DNA of 64,000 bases from Scyliorhinus canicula (lineage: Eukaryota): positions 53,042,823-53,106,822 of the forward strand of contig NC_052158.1 of assembly GCF_902713615.1 (NCBI RefSeq), in the 5' to 3' direction. Made by a program: the position numbers and the translations under genes. Below, one piece after another: positions 10,135 to 22,932 of this stretch; position 1 is the first letter of the stretch; every line of letters begins with the position of its first letter. Under the pieces are notes generated by a model. That model saw nothing but the letters and a program-made list of their open reading frames with translations. It did no database searches and was not told the DNA's origin.

Positions 10135-12912
10135 TTGGGAGGGTTTAAACTAATTTGGCAGGGGAATGGGAACCGGATTTGTAGTCCAGCAACTAAGGAA
10201 GCCGATATTCAGGACGCCAAAGCACGTAGTGATGCAGTGGGGAAGGTAACACTGACAAAGGAGAGTACTTGCAGGCAGGGAGATGGGTTGAAGTGTGTAT
10301 ACTTCAACGCAAGAACCATCAGGAATAAGGTGGGTGAACTTAAGGCATGGATCGGTACTTGGGACTACGATGTGGTGGCCATTACGGAAACTTGGATAGA
10401 AGAGGGGCAGAAATGGTTGTTGGATGTCCCTGGTTATAGATGTTTCAACAAGATTAGGGAGGGTGGTAAAAGAGGTGGGGGGGGGGGGGTGGCATTGTTA
10501 ATTAGAGATAGTATAACAGCTGCAGAAAGGCAGTTCGAGGACGATCTGCCTACTGAGGTAATATGGGTTGAAGTCAGAAATAGGAAAGGAGCAGTCACCT
10601 TGTTGGGAGTTTTCTATAGCCCCCCCCCCCCCCCCCCCCCTCCCCGCAATAGCAGCAGAGATGTGGAGGAACAGATTGGGAAACAGATTTTGGAAAGGTG
10701 CAGAAGTCACAGGGTAGTAGTCATGGGTGACGTCAACTTCCCAAACGTTAAGTGGAAACTCTTTAGATCAAATAGTTTGGATGGGGTGGTGTTTGCGCAG
10801 TGTGTCCAGGAAGCTTTTCTAACACAGTATGTAGATTGTCCGACCAGAGGGGAGGCCATATTGAATTTGGTACTTGGTAACGAACCAGGGCAGGTGATAG
10901 ATTTGTTAGTGGGGGAGCATTTTGGAGATAGTGACCACCATTTTGTGACTTCTCACTTTAGTAATGGAGAGGGATAGGTGCGTGCAACAGGGCAAGGTTT
11001 ACAATTGGGGGAAGGGTAAATACAATGCTGTCAGTCAAGAACTGAAGTGCATAAGTTGGGAACATAGGCTGTCAGGGAAGGACACAAGTGAAATGTGGAA
11101 CTTGTTCAAGGAACAGGTAATGTGTGTCTTTGACATGTATATCCCTGTCAGGCAGGGAAGAGATGGTCGAGTGAGGGAACCATGGTTGACAAGAGAGGTT
11201 GAATGTCTTGTTAAGAGGAAGAAGGAGACTTATGTAAGGCTGAGGAAACAAGGTTCAGACAGGGCGCTGGAGGGATACAAGATAGCCAGGAGGGTACTGA
11301 AGAAAGGGATTAGGAGAGCTAAGCGAGGGCATGAAAAATCTTTGGCGGGTAGGATCAAGGAAAACCCCAAGGCCTTTTACACATATGTGAGAAATATGAG
11401 AATGACTAGAGTGAGGGTAGGTCTGATCAAGGACAGTAGCGGGAGATTGTGTATTGAGTCTGAAGAGATAGGAGAGGTCTTGAACAAGTACTTTTCTTCA
11501 GTATTTACAAACGAGAGGGGCCATATTGTTGGAGAGGACAGTGTGAAACAGACTGGTAAGCTCGAGGAGATACTTGTTAGGAAGGAAGATGTGTTGGGCG
11601 TTTTGAAAAACTTGAGGACAGACCAGTCCCCTGGGCCTGACGGGATATATCCAAGGATTCTATGGGAAGCAAGAAATGAAATTGCAGAGCCGTTGGCAAT
11701 GATCTTTTCATCCTCGCTGTCAACAGGGGTGGTACCAGGGGATTGGAGAGTGGCGAATGTCGTGCCCCTGTTCAAAAAAGGGAATAGGGATAACCCTAGG
11801 AATTACAGGCCAGTTAGTCTTACTTCTGTGGTACGCAAAGTAATGGAAAGGGTACTGAGGGATAGGATTTCTGAGCATCTGGAAAGACACTGCTTGATTA
11901 GGGATAGTCAGCACGGATTTGTGAGGGGTAGGTCTTGCCTCACAAGTCTTTTTGACTTCTTTGAGGAGGTGACTAAGCATGTGGATGAAGGTAAAGCAGT
12001 GGATGTAGTGTACATGGATTTTAGTAAGGCATTTTGATAAGGTTCCCTATGGTAGGCTTATGCAGAAAGTAAGGAGGCATGGGATAGTGGGAAATTTGGC
12101 CAGTTGGATAACGAACTGGCTAACCAATAGAAGTCAGAGAGTGGTGGTGGATGGCAAATATTCAGCCTGGAGCCCAGTTCCCAGTGGCGTACCGCAGGGA
12201 TCAGTTCTGGGTACTCTGCTGTTTGTGATTTTCATTAATGACTTGGATGAGGGAGTTGAAGGGTGGGTCAGTAAAGTTGCAGACAATACGAAGATTGGCG
12301 GAGTTGTGGATAGTGAGGAGGGCTGTTGTCGGCTGCAAAGAGACATAGATAGGATGCAGAGCTGGGCTGAGAAGTGGCAGATGGAGTTTAACCCGACAAG
12401 TGTGAGGTTGTCCATTTTGGAAGGACAAATATGAATGCGGAATACAGGGTTAATGGTAGGGTTCTTGGCAATGTAGAGGAGCAGAGAGATCTTGGGGTCT
12501 GTGTTCATAGATCTTTGAAAGTTGCCACTCAAGTGGATAGAGCCGTGAAGAAGGCCTATGGTGTGCTAGCATTCATTAGCAGAGGGATTGAATTTAAGGT
12601 GAGGTGATGATGGAACTGTACAAAACCTTGGTCAGGCCACATTTGGAGTACTGTGTGCAGTTCTGGTCACCTCATTTTAGGAAGGATGTGGAAGCTTTGG
12701 AAAAGGTGCAAAGGAGATTTAGCAGGATGTTGCCTGGGATGGAGAGTAGGTCTTACGAGGAGAGGTTGAGGGTGCTAGGCCTTTTCTCATTAGAACGAAG
12801 AAGGATGAGGAGCGACTTGATAGAGGTTTATAAGATGATCAGGGGAATAGATAGAGTAGACAGTCAGAGACTTTTTCCCCGGGTGGAACAAGGGGACATA
12901 AATTTAAGGTAA
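10135..12912 (+). pseudogene. CR1 ORF2 (AP endonuclease and reverse transcriptase), broken into 4 ORFs
   Basis: VYFNARTI, VAITETW, MGDVN, SDH; [43 protein letters not shown] (degenerate FADD). Confidence 0.93.
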
Positions 12913-13091
12913 ATGGTGGAAGATATAGGGGGAATGTCAGAGGTAGGTTCTTTACCCAGAGAGTAGTGGGGGCATGGAATGCACTGTCTGTGGAAGTAGT
13001 TGAGTCAGAAACCTTAGGGACCTTCAAGCGGCTATTGGATAGGTACATGGATTAGGGTAGAATAATGGAGTGTAGATTAATTTCTTCTTAA

Positions 13092-13308
13092 GGGCAACAC
13101 GGTAGCATTGTGGATAGCACAATTGCTTCACAGCTCCAGGATCCCAGGTTTGATTTCGGCTTGGGTCACTGTCTGTGTGGAGTCTGCATATCCTCCCCGT
13201 GTGTGCGTGGGTTTCCTCAGAGTACTCCGGTTTCCTCCCACAGTCCAAAGATGTGCAGGTTGGGTGGATTGGCCATGATAAATTGCCCTTAGTGTCCAAA
13301 ATTCTATG
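13092..13308 (+). mobile_element. V-SINE (HE1-like), internally deleted, embedded in a CR1 3' UTR
   Basis: tRNA-like head with A/B boxes and V-domain GGTTTCCTC..CTCCGGTTTCCTCCCACAGTCCAAAGATGTGC; ends GTGTCCAAAATTCTATGA. Confidence 0.92.
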
Positions 13309-15074
13309 ACCTAAGACAAAAGTTAGGACAAAAGTTTGGCACAACATCGTGGGCTGAAGGGCCTGTTCTGTGCTGTATCTCTCTTAAAAAAAAAGCCAGA
13401 GGGCACTAGTTTTCCTGCTCGCTTGGGATCCAGCCCCTGGGACAGTCAGAGCTTGTGAGCAGCGACTAGAACATACACCATGTGGTAGTAAGATAGTCTG
13501 GTCAGGTTAGCCTCAGGTCTCCAGTCAAGTCAGCATAGTGTCGACCCACAGTTATAGCATGTATTACAGCTAAGTGTTCAATAAAATCGAGTTGCATTTC
13601 TTCAAGTGTTGGAAGCCTGTCTCCCTCACTGCTGCAGTAAACGCAGCCCTCGTAGACCCAGCTTACCCAACACATCATGGTACCAGTGAGTTATGCTTGA
13701 GTTTGACAGACCTACTGTGAGATAATCTGCCTTCGACCAGCGATCAGCCATCCGGTAACATGGACAGCGTCCGCCCTCCCCCGCCGCTCCGCATCGCCGG
13801 CAACCTCGGTGCAAACTGGAAGATTTTCAAGCAGAAGTTCCAGCTCTATCTTGAAGGAACTGACCTTGAGGCCGCATCGGATGCCAGTAAGCTCGCTCTC
13901 TTCCTTTCAACTGCCGGGACCTTTGCTGAAGGCGAAGACAAGACGAACTTTAAAACAGTCCTGCTGAAGTTTGACAGCCACTGTGACATTGAGGTGAATG
14001 AGAGCTTTGAACGGTAGGTTTTTCAGCAGAGGCCTCAGGGTAAGGATGAACCTTTTCAGTCTTTTTTAACCCATCTCCGTATCCTCGCGCAGTCCTGCAA
14101 CTATGGCTCCACTTCCGATTCCATGATCCGGAATCAGATTGTTTGCGGGGTCCACTCTGATCCCCTTCACCAGCAGCTCCAAAAGGTTAAGCAGCTCACC
14201 CTCACCATCGCGACCTGTGTCCTCCATGAGCGCGCTAACAACCGGTACTCCCATATCAAAGCGACAGAAATGGCACAGCAAGGCCCCCACGATGCAGAAC
14301 GGGTGCAGGCCATCAAACAAATGCAGGGCCTGAGCCTGGATGAGGGCAGCCATTTCGCATGCTTTTCCCGGACTCCAGCGCATGCGCGCCACGACCGAGG
14401 AGACGGCGAGACTGACGACCAAACCGTGCAAGTGCGCACGTTATCCGACCACACTGCGAATGCGCGGTGGTGCACGGAACGTCTGGACGGCGGCGCCATG
14501 ACGTGTTCCAACTGTGGCTCCGCCCATTTAAAGCGAAAATGTCCCACAGAATCTCGACGCTGTCTCCAGTATGGCAAGCTCAGCTACTACGCAGCCCTTT
14601 GCAGATCTGCTCCACTGCCCGGCATTCGGCGATCACAGCCACAGCGCAGGAGCGTCCGGTCTGTACAGCGACACATCGCAGACTCCGACCCCGACAGTCT
14701 ACCAGATCCCGACACTGAGGGCCTCACATCCCCATTCCGGGTGGGCATCGTCACCAAGCATACACTGCCTTTATCAACGATGGTGAAACAACTCCCAATT
14801 CTGAGCATTGATCCGGACGACGAGTGGTGTACCATCCTCACAGTCAACAAGGCTTGCATACGCTTTCGGCTGGACACCGGAGCTTCGGCAAACCGCTTTT
14901 CAAAGTCTGACCTCGACACCATCCATGTCAAGCCAAGCATTGATCCACCGGCCTGCCAGCTCCTCGACTACAATGGCAATGCCATTGCTGCCAGTGGCTC
15001 ATGCCAACTTGCGGTGTCCAATAGATCATTAAAAGCAACGCTGCGATTTGAAATCGTAGGAACCGCACGGTTCA

Positions 15075-15411
15075 GGGCAGCACGGTAGCATGGTGGTTAG
15101 CATAAATGCTTCACAGCTCCAGGGTCCCAGGTTCGATTCCCGGCTTGGGTCACTGTCTGTGCGGAGTCTGCACGTCCTCCCCGTGTGTGCGGGGTTTCCT
15201 CCGGGTGCTCCGGTTTCCTCCCACAGTCCAAAGATGTGCGGGTTAGGTGGATTGGCCATGCTAAATTGCCCGTAGTGTCCTAAAAAGTAAGGTTGGGGGG
15301 GGAGGTTGTTGGGTTACGGGTATAGGATGGATACATGGGTTTGAGTAGGGTGATCATTGCTTGGCACAACATTGAGGGCCGAAGGGCCTGTTCTGTGCTG
15401 TACTGTTCTAT
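15075..15411 (+). mobile_element. V-SINE (HE1-like) inserted in Gypsy A protease region
   Basis: GGGCAGCACGGTAGCATGGTGG head, B box GGTTCGATTCC, V-domain, CR1-type tail GGGCCGAAGGGCCTGTTCTGTGCTGTACTGTTCTAT. Confidence 0.95.
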
Positions 15412-15971
15412 GAACCAACAGAGCTTCCCTGCTCGGTGCTCGGGCCTGCAAACTCCTGAACCTGGTGCAGCGGGTTCACACCATGTCGTCCGCGGAGGCA
15501 ACGGCCTTGCCAGATGTTAACTTCCAGGCCCAACTCGATGGGATCATTGCACAATACCATACTGCCTTCGAAGGTACACTCCCCTACCAATACAAAATCC
15601 TGTTGAAGCCAAATGCCACCCCTGTGGTTCACGCACCGCATCGGGTGCCGGCACCCCTTAAGGACCGCCTCAAGCAGCAGCTGCAAGACCTCCAGGACCA
15701 GGGCGTCATTTCTAAGGTCACGGAACCCACGGACTGGGTCAGCTCCATGGTTTGTGTCAAAAAGCGATCAGGGGAACTTTGAATCTGTGTCAACCCCAAA
15801 GATTTGAACCGCAACATCATGAGGCAACACTACCCAATGCCTAAATGAGAAGAGTTGACCAGCGAGATGGCTCATGCCAAATTTTTTACGAAGCTGGACG
15901 CCTCCAAGGGGTTTTGGCAAATCAAGTCGAAAGCTGTGCATATTCAACACCCCTTTCGGTCATTACTGTTG

Positions 15972-17290
15972 CAAGTCGTGGTCCACATAGGTACCAACGA
16001 CATAGGTAGGAAGAGAGATGGGGATTTGAGACAGAAATTCAGGGAGCTAGGGTGGAAGCTGAGAGCTAGAACAAACAGAGTTGTTATCTCTGCCACGTGC
16101 CACGTGCTAGCGAAGTGAGAAATAAGGAGAGAGAGGAGTTGAACACGTGGCTACAGGGATGGTGCAGGAGGGAGGGTTTTGGTTTCCTGGATAATTGGGG
16201 CTCATTCTGGGGTTGGTGGGACCTCTACAAACAGGATGGTCTTCACCTGAACCAGAGGGGTACCAATATCCTGGGGGAGAGATTTGCTAGTGCTCTTCGG
16301 GGGGGTTGAAACTAATTCAGCAGGGGGATGGGAACCTAAATTGTAGTCCCAGTGTACAGGATGTTGAGAGTAGTGAGGTCAGGGATAGGGTTAAAAGTTC
16401 GAAAGAGGGCACTGGCAAGCAAGACGCTGGTTTGAAGTGTGTCTACTTCAACGCCAGGAGCATCCGGAATAAGGTGGGTGAGCTTGTAGCATGGGTTGGT
16501 ACCTGGGATCTCAATGTTGTGGCGATTTCGGAGACATGGGTAGAGCAGGGACCGGAATGGTTGTTGCAGGTTCCAGGATTTAGATGTTTCTGTAAGACCA
16601 GAGAAGATGGTAAAAGAGGGGGGGGGGGTGTGGCATTGTTAATCAAGGAAAGTATTACGGCGGTAGAAAGGACGTTTGAGGACTCGTCTACTGAGGTAGT
16701 ATGGGCCGAGGTTAGGAACAGGAGAGGAGAGGTCACCCTGTTGGGAGTTGTCTATAGACCTCCGAATAGTTCCAGAGATGTAGAGGAAAGGATTGCAAAG
16801 ATGATTCTCGACAGGAGCGAGAGTAACAGGGTAGTTGTTATGGGGGACTTTAACTTTCCAAATATTGACTGGAAATACTATAGTTCGAGTACTATAGATG
16901 GGTCAGTTTTTGTGCAGTGTGTGCAGGAGGGTTTTCTGACACAGTATGTAGACAGGCCAACAAGGGGCGAGGCCACATTGGATTTGGTACTGGGTAATGA
17001 ACCCGGCCAGGTGTTAGATTTAGATGTAGGTGAGCACTTTGGTGATAGTGATCACAATTCGGTTATGTTTACTTTAGCAATGGGCAGGGATAGGTATATA
17101 CTGCAAGGCAAGAATTATAGCTGGGGGAAAGGCAATTATGATGCTATTCGGCAAGATTTAGGATGTATAGGATGGGAAAGGAAACTGCAGGGGATGGGTA
17201 CAATCGAAATGTGGAGCTTTTTCAAGGAACAGCTACTGCGTGTCCTTGATAAGTATGTACCTGTCAGGCAGGGAGGAAGTTGTCGAGTAA
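15972..17290 (+). mobile_element. CR1 internal fragment (ORF1 esterase end, ORF2 APE), truncated at both ends
   Basis: VVVHIGTND; ORF 16306..17313 APE motifs; ends abruptly at GTCGAGTAA with no 3' tail. Confidence 0.92.
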
Positions 17291-17349
17291 TAGTTCAATG
17301 CTGTGTGCCCTAGCAAACACCTCCCAACTCAGAAATTAAAAGAGAAATT

Positions 17350-20300
17350 TGAAATGTTGGCTAGTGTAGACTTGAGAGATCAACAGACATTACCAACACT
17401 GAGGAAGGTTCAACTCAATTTTATTAACTAACTTCTAACTAACTAACACACGATGGCTCTGGGTCTAAATGATGCTAACTTAAACTAGAGACCTAAGCCT
17501 TGTCCAAACCAGTTGATTCTCTCAGCACGTGGTGTGAGTCCGTGCTGGGCTGGATGAGTTCTTGTTCCACTGAGAGGCAGCACCCAGAATGAGCGGGAAC
17601 CGTGGTGCCCTCTGCCTTTATAGTGTGTGTATTCTAACTGGTTATTGGCTGTGGTGTTTGTACATGTTGATTGGTCCCTGTGTGTGTCCATCAGTGTGTG
17701 TCTGCACCATCATATATTGGTATATATTATGACATCTCCCCTTCTATAAAAAAATGTTGATGTAGGCATGTGCTAATAAATAGTGTGGGTGTGTGAAGAA
17801 TGTACCTAACCATGTGTGAGGTGCAAAGACATTTACAAAGTTATATACAGGAAACAAGACTATGTACAAAGGAAGGTGCCTGGTGCAGATATTTAACATG
17901 AACTGGAACAACCAACAAAGCTATTTACAAATCACTGGAGAACGAATTCAACAAGGAATGAAAAAAAAACATCTCAGAAAGTTCATAAGTTCAGTCTCTG
18001 AGGTGGACGATGAAGTCTGGTTGACTGCCTCAAGTGTGGGGCAATAGCTGACGCATCAGGAGCCAGGAGGGCTGCAGCATAGTCAGGGGCGGGCAGAGTG
18101 ACCAAAAACTCTGCACAGTCCACGGCGGGATCATTAGCAAAGCTGGTCAGCAGGCTCCAAGGTCCACAGCTTCACAGCTCCAAGGTCCCAGGTTCGATTC
18201 CCGGCTGGGTCACTGTCTGTGTGGAGTCTGCACGTCCTCCCCGTGTGTGCGTGGGTTTCCTCCGGGTGCTCCGGTTTCCTCCCACAGTCCAAAGATGTGC
18301 GGGTTAGGTGGATTGGCCATGCTAAATTGCCCGTAGTGTCCTAATAAAAGTAAGGTTAAGGGGGATGTTGTTGGGTTACGGGTATAGGGTGGATACGTGG
18401 GTTTGAGTAGGGTGATCATGAATCGGCACAACATTGAGGGCCGAAGGGCCTGTTCTGTGCTGTACTGTTCTATGTTCTATGTTCTATGGTCGGAGGATCC
18501 CATGACAACTCTGGAACAAGGCGAAGGGCACGCCAATTGCGGCGCCGAATGGATCCATCCGGTAAGCGGACCAGGAATGAGCAGGGGGCCACCTGCCTTA
18601 GAACGACAGCAGGCGCAGACCAGCCACCATCCGGGAGGTGGATGCAAACCGTGTCGTGTGGATGGCTGTCGGGAAGGTCAGCAGCCCGTGAGTCGTAGGA
18701 AGTTTTCTGCTGCAGTTGAGACATGTGCATGCGGTGGAGCACGGGGACATAATCAAGGTTGTGGGTGAGAATTGATGGCACCGTCGTTCTGAGGGTGCGG
18801 TTGATTAGTAGCTGAGCAGGCGATAGGCCGGTGGAGAGCGGGGCGGAGAGATAGGCTAACAGAGCAATCTGAGCCGGCGTCGGCGGCTTTGCTGAGGAGC
18901 CGCTTGACGATGTGGACCCCCTTTTCCGCCTTCCCATTGGATTGGGGGTACAGGGGACTAGACGTGATGTGCGCGAAGCTGTAGTGTCGGGTGAAGCCGG
19001 CCCATTCCTGCCTCACGAAACAGGGGCCATTGTCTGACATGACTGTCAACGGAATGCCATGGCGGGCAAACGTCTCCTTACACGACCTGGTCACAGCCGA
19101 GGATGTGAGATCATGCAGCCTGATGACCTCCGGGTAACTGGAGAAGTAGTCGATGATGATGATGACGTAGTCCCTGCCCAATGTGTGGAACAGGTCAATG
19201 CCCACTTTGGTCCAAGGCGATGTGACGAGCTCATGGGGCATCAGTGTCTCCTGTGATTGGGCGGGCTGAAAACGCTGGCAAGTAGAGCAGTTGAGTACCG
19301 CATTGGCGATGTCATTGTTAATGCCCAGCCAGTAGACAGCTTCTCTGGCCCTGCAGCGACATTTCTCGATTCCTAAATGGCCTTCATGGAGTTGCTCCAA
19401 CAGTAGCTGGCGCATGCTTTGTGGAATGACGATGCGATCCAATTTCAGGAGCACCCCGTCGACAACTGCCAGGTCATCACGGGCATTGTAAAATTGTGGG
19501 CATTGGCCCTTGAGCCACCCGTCTGACATTAAACGCATCACACACTGCAGAAGTGGGTCAGCCGCTGTCTTGCGGCGAATTTGCATCAGTCACGCATCCA
19601 AAGCTGGCAAATGGGAGGCTGCAAGCTGAACTTGAGCATCTATTTGGCAGACAAAGCCTTCGTGATCACACGGAGTTGTGATCGACCTTGAGAGGGCATC
19701 GGTAACGGCAAGGTCCTTGCCAGGGGTATAGATCAGTTGAAAGTCATACCTGCGCAGCTTGAATAGGATACGCTGGAAGGGAGGCGTCATGTCATTCAAG
19801 TCCTTTTTGATAATATTTACAAGCGGGTGGCGGTCGGTTTCAACCGTGAACTGTGGAAGTCCATAGACGTTGTCATGGAACTTCATGACTCCAGTGAGAA
19901 GGCCGAGACACTCTTTTTCAATTTGCACATAGCGCTGCTCTGTGGGGGTCATCGCCCGTGATGCATACGCAATGGGGGCCCATGACGAGGCCTCGTCTCG
20001 TTGCACAGCTCCAATCCCCAACTGACTGGCATCAGTAAAGATTTTGGTCTCATTGGTCGGGTCGAAAAAGGCCAACACTAGGGCCGTAGAAAGCTTGGCC
20101 TTCAGCTCCCGCCATTCAAGCTCGTGAGCAGGGAGCCATCGGAAATCTGTGGTTTTGCGAATCAGGTCTCTGAGGGCTGTGGTGTGTGAGGCGAGATTCG
20201 GGATGAACTTCCCGAGGAAATTCACCATGCCCAGGAACCGGAGGACCACTTTCTTGTCCTCGGGCATCTTCATGGACGTGATTGATGCAACCTTGTCCTC

Positions 20301-21923
20301 GTCCGGACGCACACCCTGGTGGGAGTTGTGATCCCCCAGAAACTTAATGTTCGACTGGTGAAGGAGAATTTGGCCCTATTGAGGCGGAGGCCGTGTTCAT
20401 GAATGCGCCTGAAAACACGCTTCAGGCGGGCAATGTGTTCCTGCTGGTTGACCAGATAATAATGTCGTCGACATGTACCCGGATGCCGTCGATTCCCTCC
20501 ATTATCTGCTCCATTATTCGATGGAAAACGTCGGACGCAGAAATGATGCCGAATGGCATCCGGTTGTAGCAGAACCTGCCAAAGGGTGCGTTGAACGTAC
20601 ACAGCTTCCTGCTTGACTCATCTAGTTGGATCTGCCAGAAACCCTTCGAGGCATCCAGTTTTGAGAAGAGTTTGGCGTGGGCCATCTCAGACGTGAGCTC
20701 CTCACGTTTTGGAATCGGATAGTGCTCCCGCATGATATTCTGATTCAGATCTTTAGGATCTATACAGATCCGCAGCTCGCCGGACGGTTTCTTAACGCAG
20801 ACCATGGAGCTTACCCAGTCTGTGGGTTCCGTGACCCTAGAAATAACTCCTTGGTCCTGGAGGTCCTGGAGCTTTTGCTTGAGGCCATCCTTAAGGGGCG
20901 CTGGGACTCTGCGAGGTGCATGAACGACAGGCATGGCGTTGGGCTTGAGTAAGATTTTATATGTTTACAGGAGTGTGCCCATGCCCTTGAAGACATCATG
21001 GTGTTGCTGGATGATGGAGTCGAGTTGCGCCCTGAAGTCTGTGTCAGAGGATGCAGACACATCGCTTGGAGAGAGAGTGTGACCCGTAGTTGCAGGACTG
21101 CGCAAGGACACGGAGGTGGGTGATAAAGGACTGGAAAGGCTCGTCCTTACCCTGAATTCGCTGCTGGAACATGTGTCTCTCGAAGCTCTCTTTAACATCG
21201 ACCTCGCAGTGGCTGTCGAACTTTAGAGTGACGGTCTTGAACTTCGATTTGTCCTCCCCCTCAGCGAAGCTGAGCGAGTTGAAGATGTGTAGAGCATGGT
21301 CCCCGGTTGTGGAGAGGAAGAGAGCAATCTTCCGTGCGTCCGAGGCAGCTTCCAGGTCCATGGCCTCGAGGTACAGCTGGAAGCGCTATTTAAAAAGCTT
21401 CCAGTTAGCGTCCAGATTCCCGGCAATGCGGAGGCGAGCGAACGGAGTCCATTCTGTAGGATGGCACGAGACTGGTGGAAGGCAGATCACTGAAAGGTAG
21501 GTCTCGGAAGTGCGAGCATCCCTCAACTTCTGGTACCATGAAGTGTTGGCTAGTGTAGACTTGAGAGATGAACAGACACTACCAACACTGAGGAAGGTTC
21601 AACTCAATTTTATTAACTAACTTCTAACTAACTAACACACGATGGCTCTGGGTCTAAATGATGCTAACTTAAACTAGAGACCTAAGCCTTGTCCGAACCA
21701 GTTGATTCTCTCAGCACGTGGTGTGAGTCTGTGCTGGGCTGGATGAGTTCCTGTTACACTGAGAGGCAGCACCCAGAATGAGCGGGAACCGTGGTGCCCT
21801 CTGCCTTTATAGTGCATGTGTTCTAACTAGTGATGGGCTGCGGTGTTTGTACATGTTGATTGGTCCCTGTGTGTGTCCATCACTGTGTGTCTGCACCATG
21901 ATATACTGGTGTATATTATGACA
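17350..21923 (-). mobile_element. Gypsy element B, both 385-bp LTRs (17350-17734, 21539-21923), 5-bp TSD AAATT, PBS, PPT; internal gag-protease deletion
   Basis: TG..CA LTRs; AAATT at 17345-17349 and 21924-21928; PBS TGGTACCAGAAG (21538-21527); PPT AGAAGGGGAGA (17745-17735); RT (20422..20934), RNase H (19590..20312), integrase H-H-C-C and DDE (18753..19586). Confidence 0.96.
18168..18487 (+). mobile_element. V-SINE (HE1-like), head slightly truncated, inserted after the Gypsy B integrase
   Basis: B box, V-domain, tail ending (TGTTCTA)n. Confidence 0.93.
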
Positions 21924-22932
21924 AAATTGAAGAAGTTAACTGTTATACTTGGAACAGATTACAGGAACTACAGGGAAATATTAGACATTATGTTTAATGG
22001 ACACATGATGAACTTCAAATGGGTCACTAGAGATGTAACTGTTTCAGACATAGAGCTGTGCCTGAAGGGAGGTTCCCTTCAGCCATTGACCATCTGAATC
22101 CAAGGTCCAGGAGACACACAACTGAAGGTCAATGAACAGGTAACCACTGAACCTCAGTACAAAGGAAAATGAACTTAAGAACATTTACATTGATCCAAAT
22201 CCAGGAGTTTTTACTGTTAAGCCAAAGAACTTGTGCAGATCTATAAAGTAGGAAAACTGGAAAGCCAAGACAGAATTCAGGACAGACTCTCTAAACTTCT
22301 CCAGAATTGAAAACAGGCTATCACATCGTGTTGAGACCTGATACCAAACCCGTGTGCTGAATTACCCAACAAAAGTTCCACACCACTTTGACAGGAGGTG
22401 AAACAAGAGATTGTGTCTCAGGGAGTCACCTCTAACCAAACCACAAATTGGTGTTCAGGTCTGTTTCCAGTACTGAAGCCAAAAGGCTCGCTGTGAATCT
22501 GTATTAACCTCACACAGTTAAACCGTGGAAACGGAGATCCACCCAATGGCATCTATGGATGAGAGTCTGCCAAAGCAGCAAAAGACACAATTGTTATCAA
22601 ACTAAATTCAGACTGTGGCTTTTGACGGATCTTTGGACGGCACATACAAATTGTTGACACTTGTGACATGATTTGGGAGATTTGGCTTCAATCTCCCTTT
22701 GGCATTACATCACCACAAGAGACTTTACAGTAATATCAGGCATTTTACAAGAATTAGTAAGGGTCATCTGCCATATGGATGACTTCCTGATCCATGGGTC
22801 TTCTACACCCCCCTCTGCCCCACAGTCTCTCTCCAGTATCTCCACCCCACTCTTCAACCCCAACCCAGCAGGCCTCACCTCCCCTCCCCACTCTGAGACT
22901 CCCCAAAACCTGCCTGGTTCTGGACTAGGAGT

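Larger units (their letters stand above)
8662..13385 (+). mobile_element. Near full-length CR1 LINE (5' UTR with ~60-bp subrepeats, ORF1, ORF2, 3' UTR containing a SINE)
   Basis: ORF1 zinc-finger/coiled-coil and SGNH esterase; ORF2 APE and RT; tail GGGCTGAAGGGCCTGTTCTGTGCTGTA. Confidence 0.95.
8545..15970 (+). mobile_element. Gypsy element A: 5' LTR split by a CR1 (8545-8661 + ~13390-13677), PBS TGGTACCAG at 13678, gag-protease-RT start; 3' half missing
   Basis: The LTR halves rejoin at CTATAAA|GCCAGAGGGCAC, as in the intact LTR of element B. gag 13760-14600, protease RLDTGASAN (~14870), RT N-terminus TDWVSSMVCVKK (15465-15950). Confidence 0.88.

Noticed and set aside
10134-12912. CR1, Gypsy, L1 and Copia ORFs as intact active genes
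   Set aside because: All large elements carry frameshifts, stops or deletions; only the short L1 tail at 53810..54682 is open, and it is 5'-truncated.
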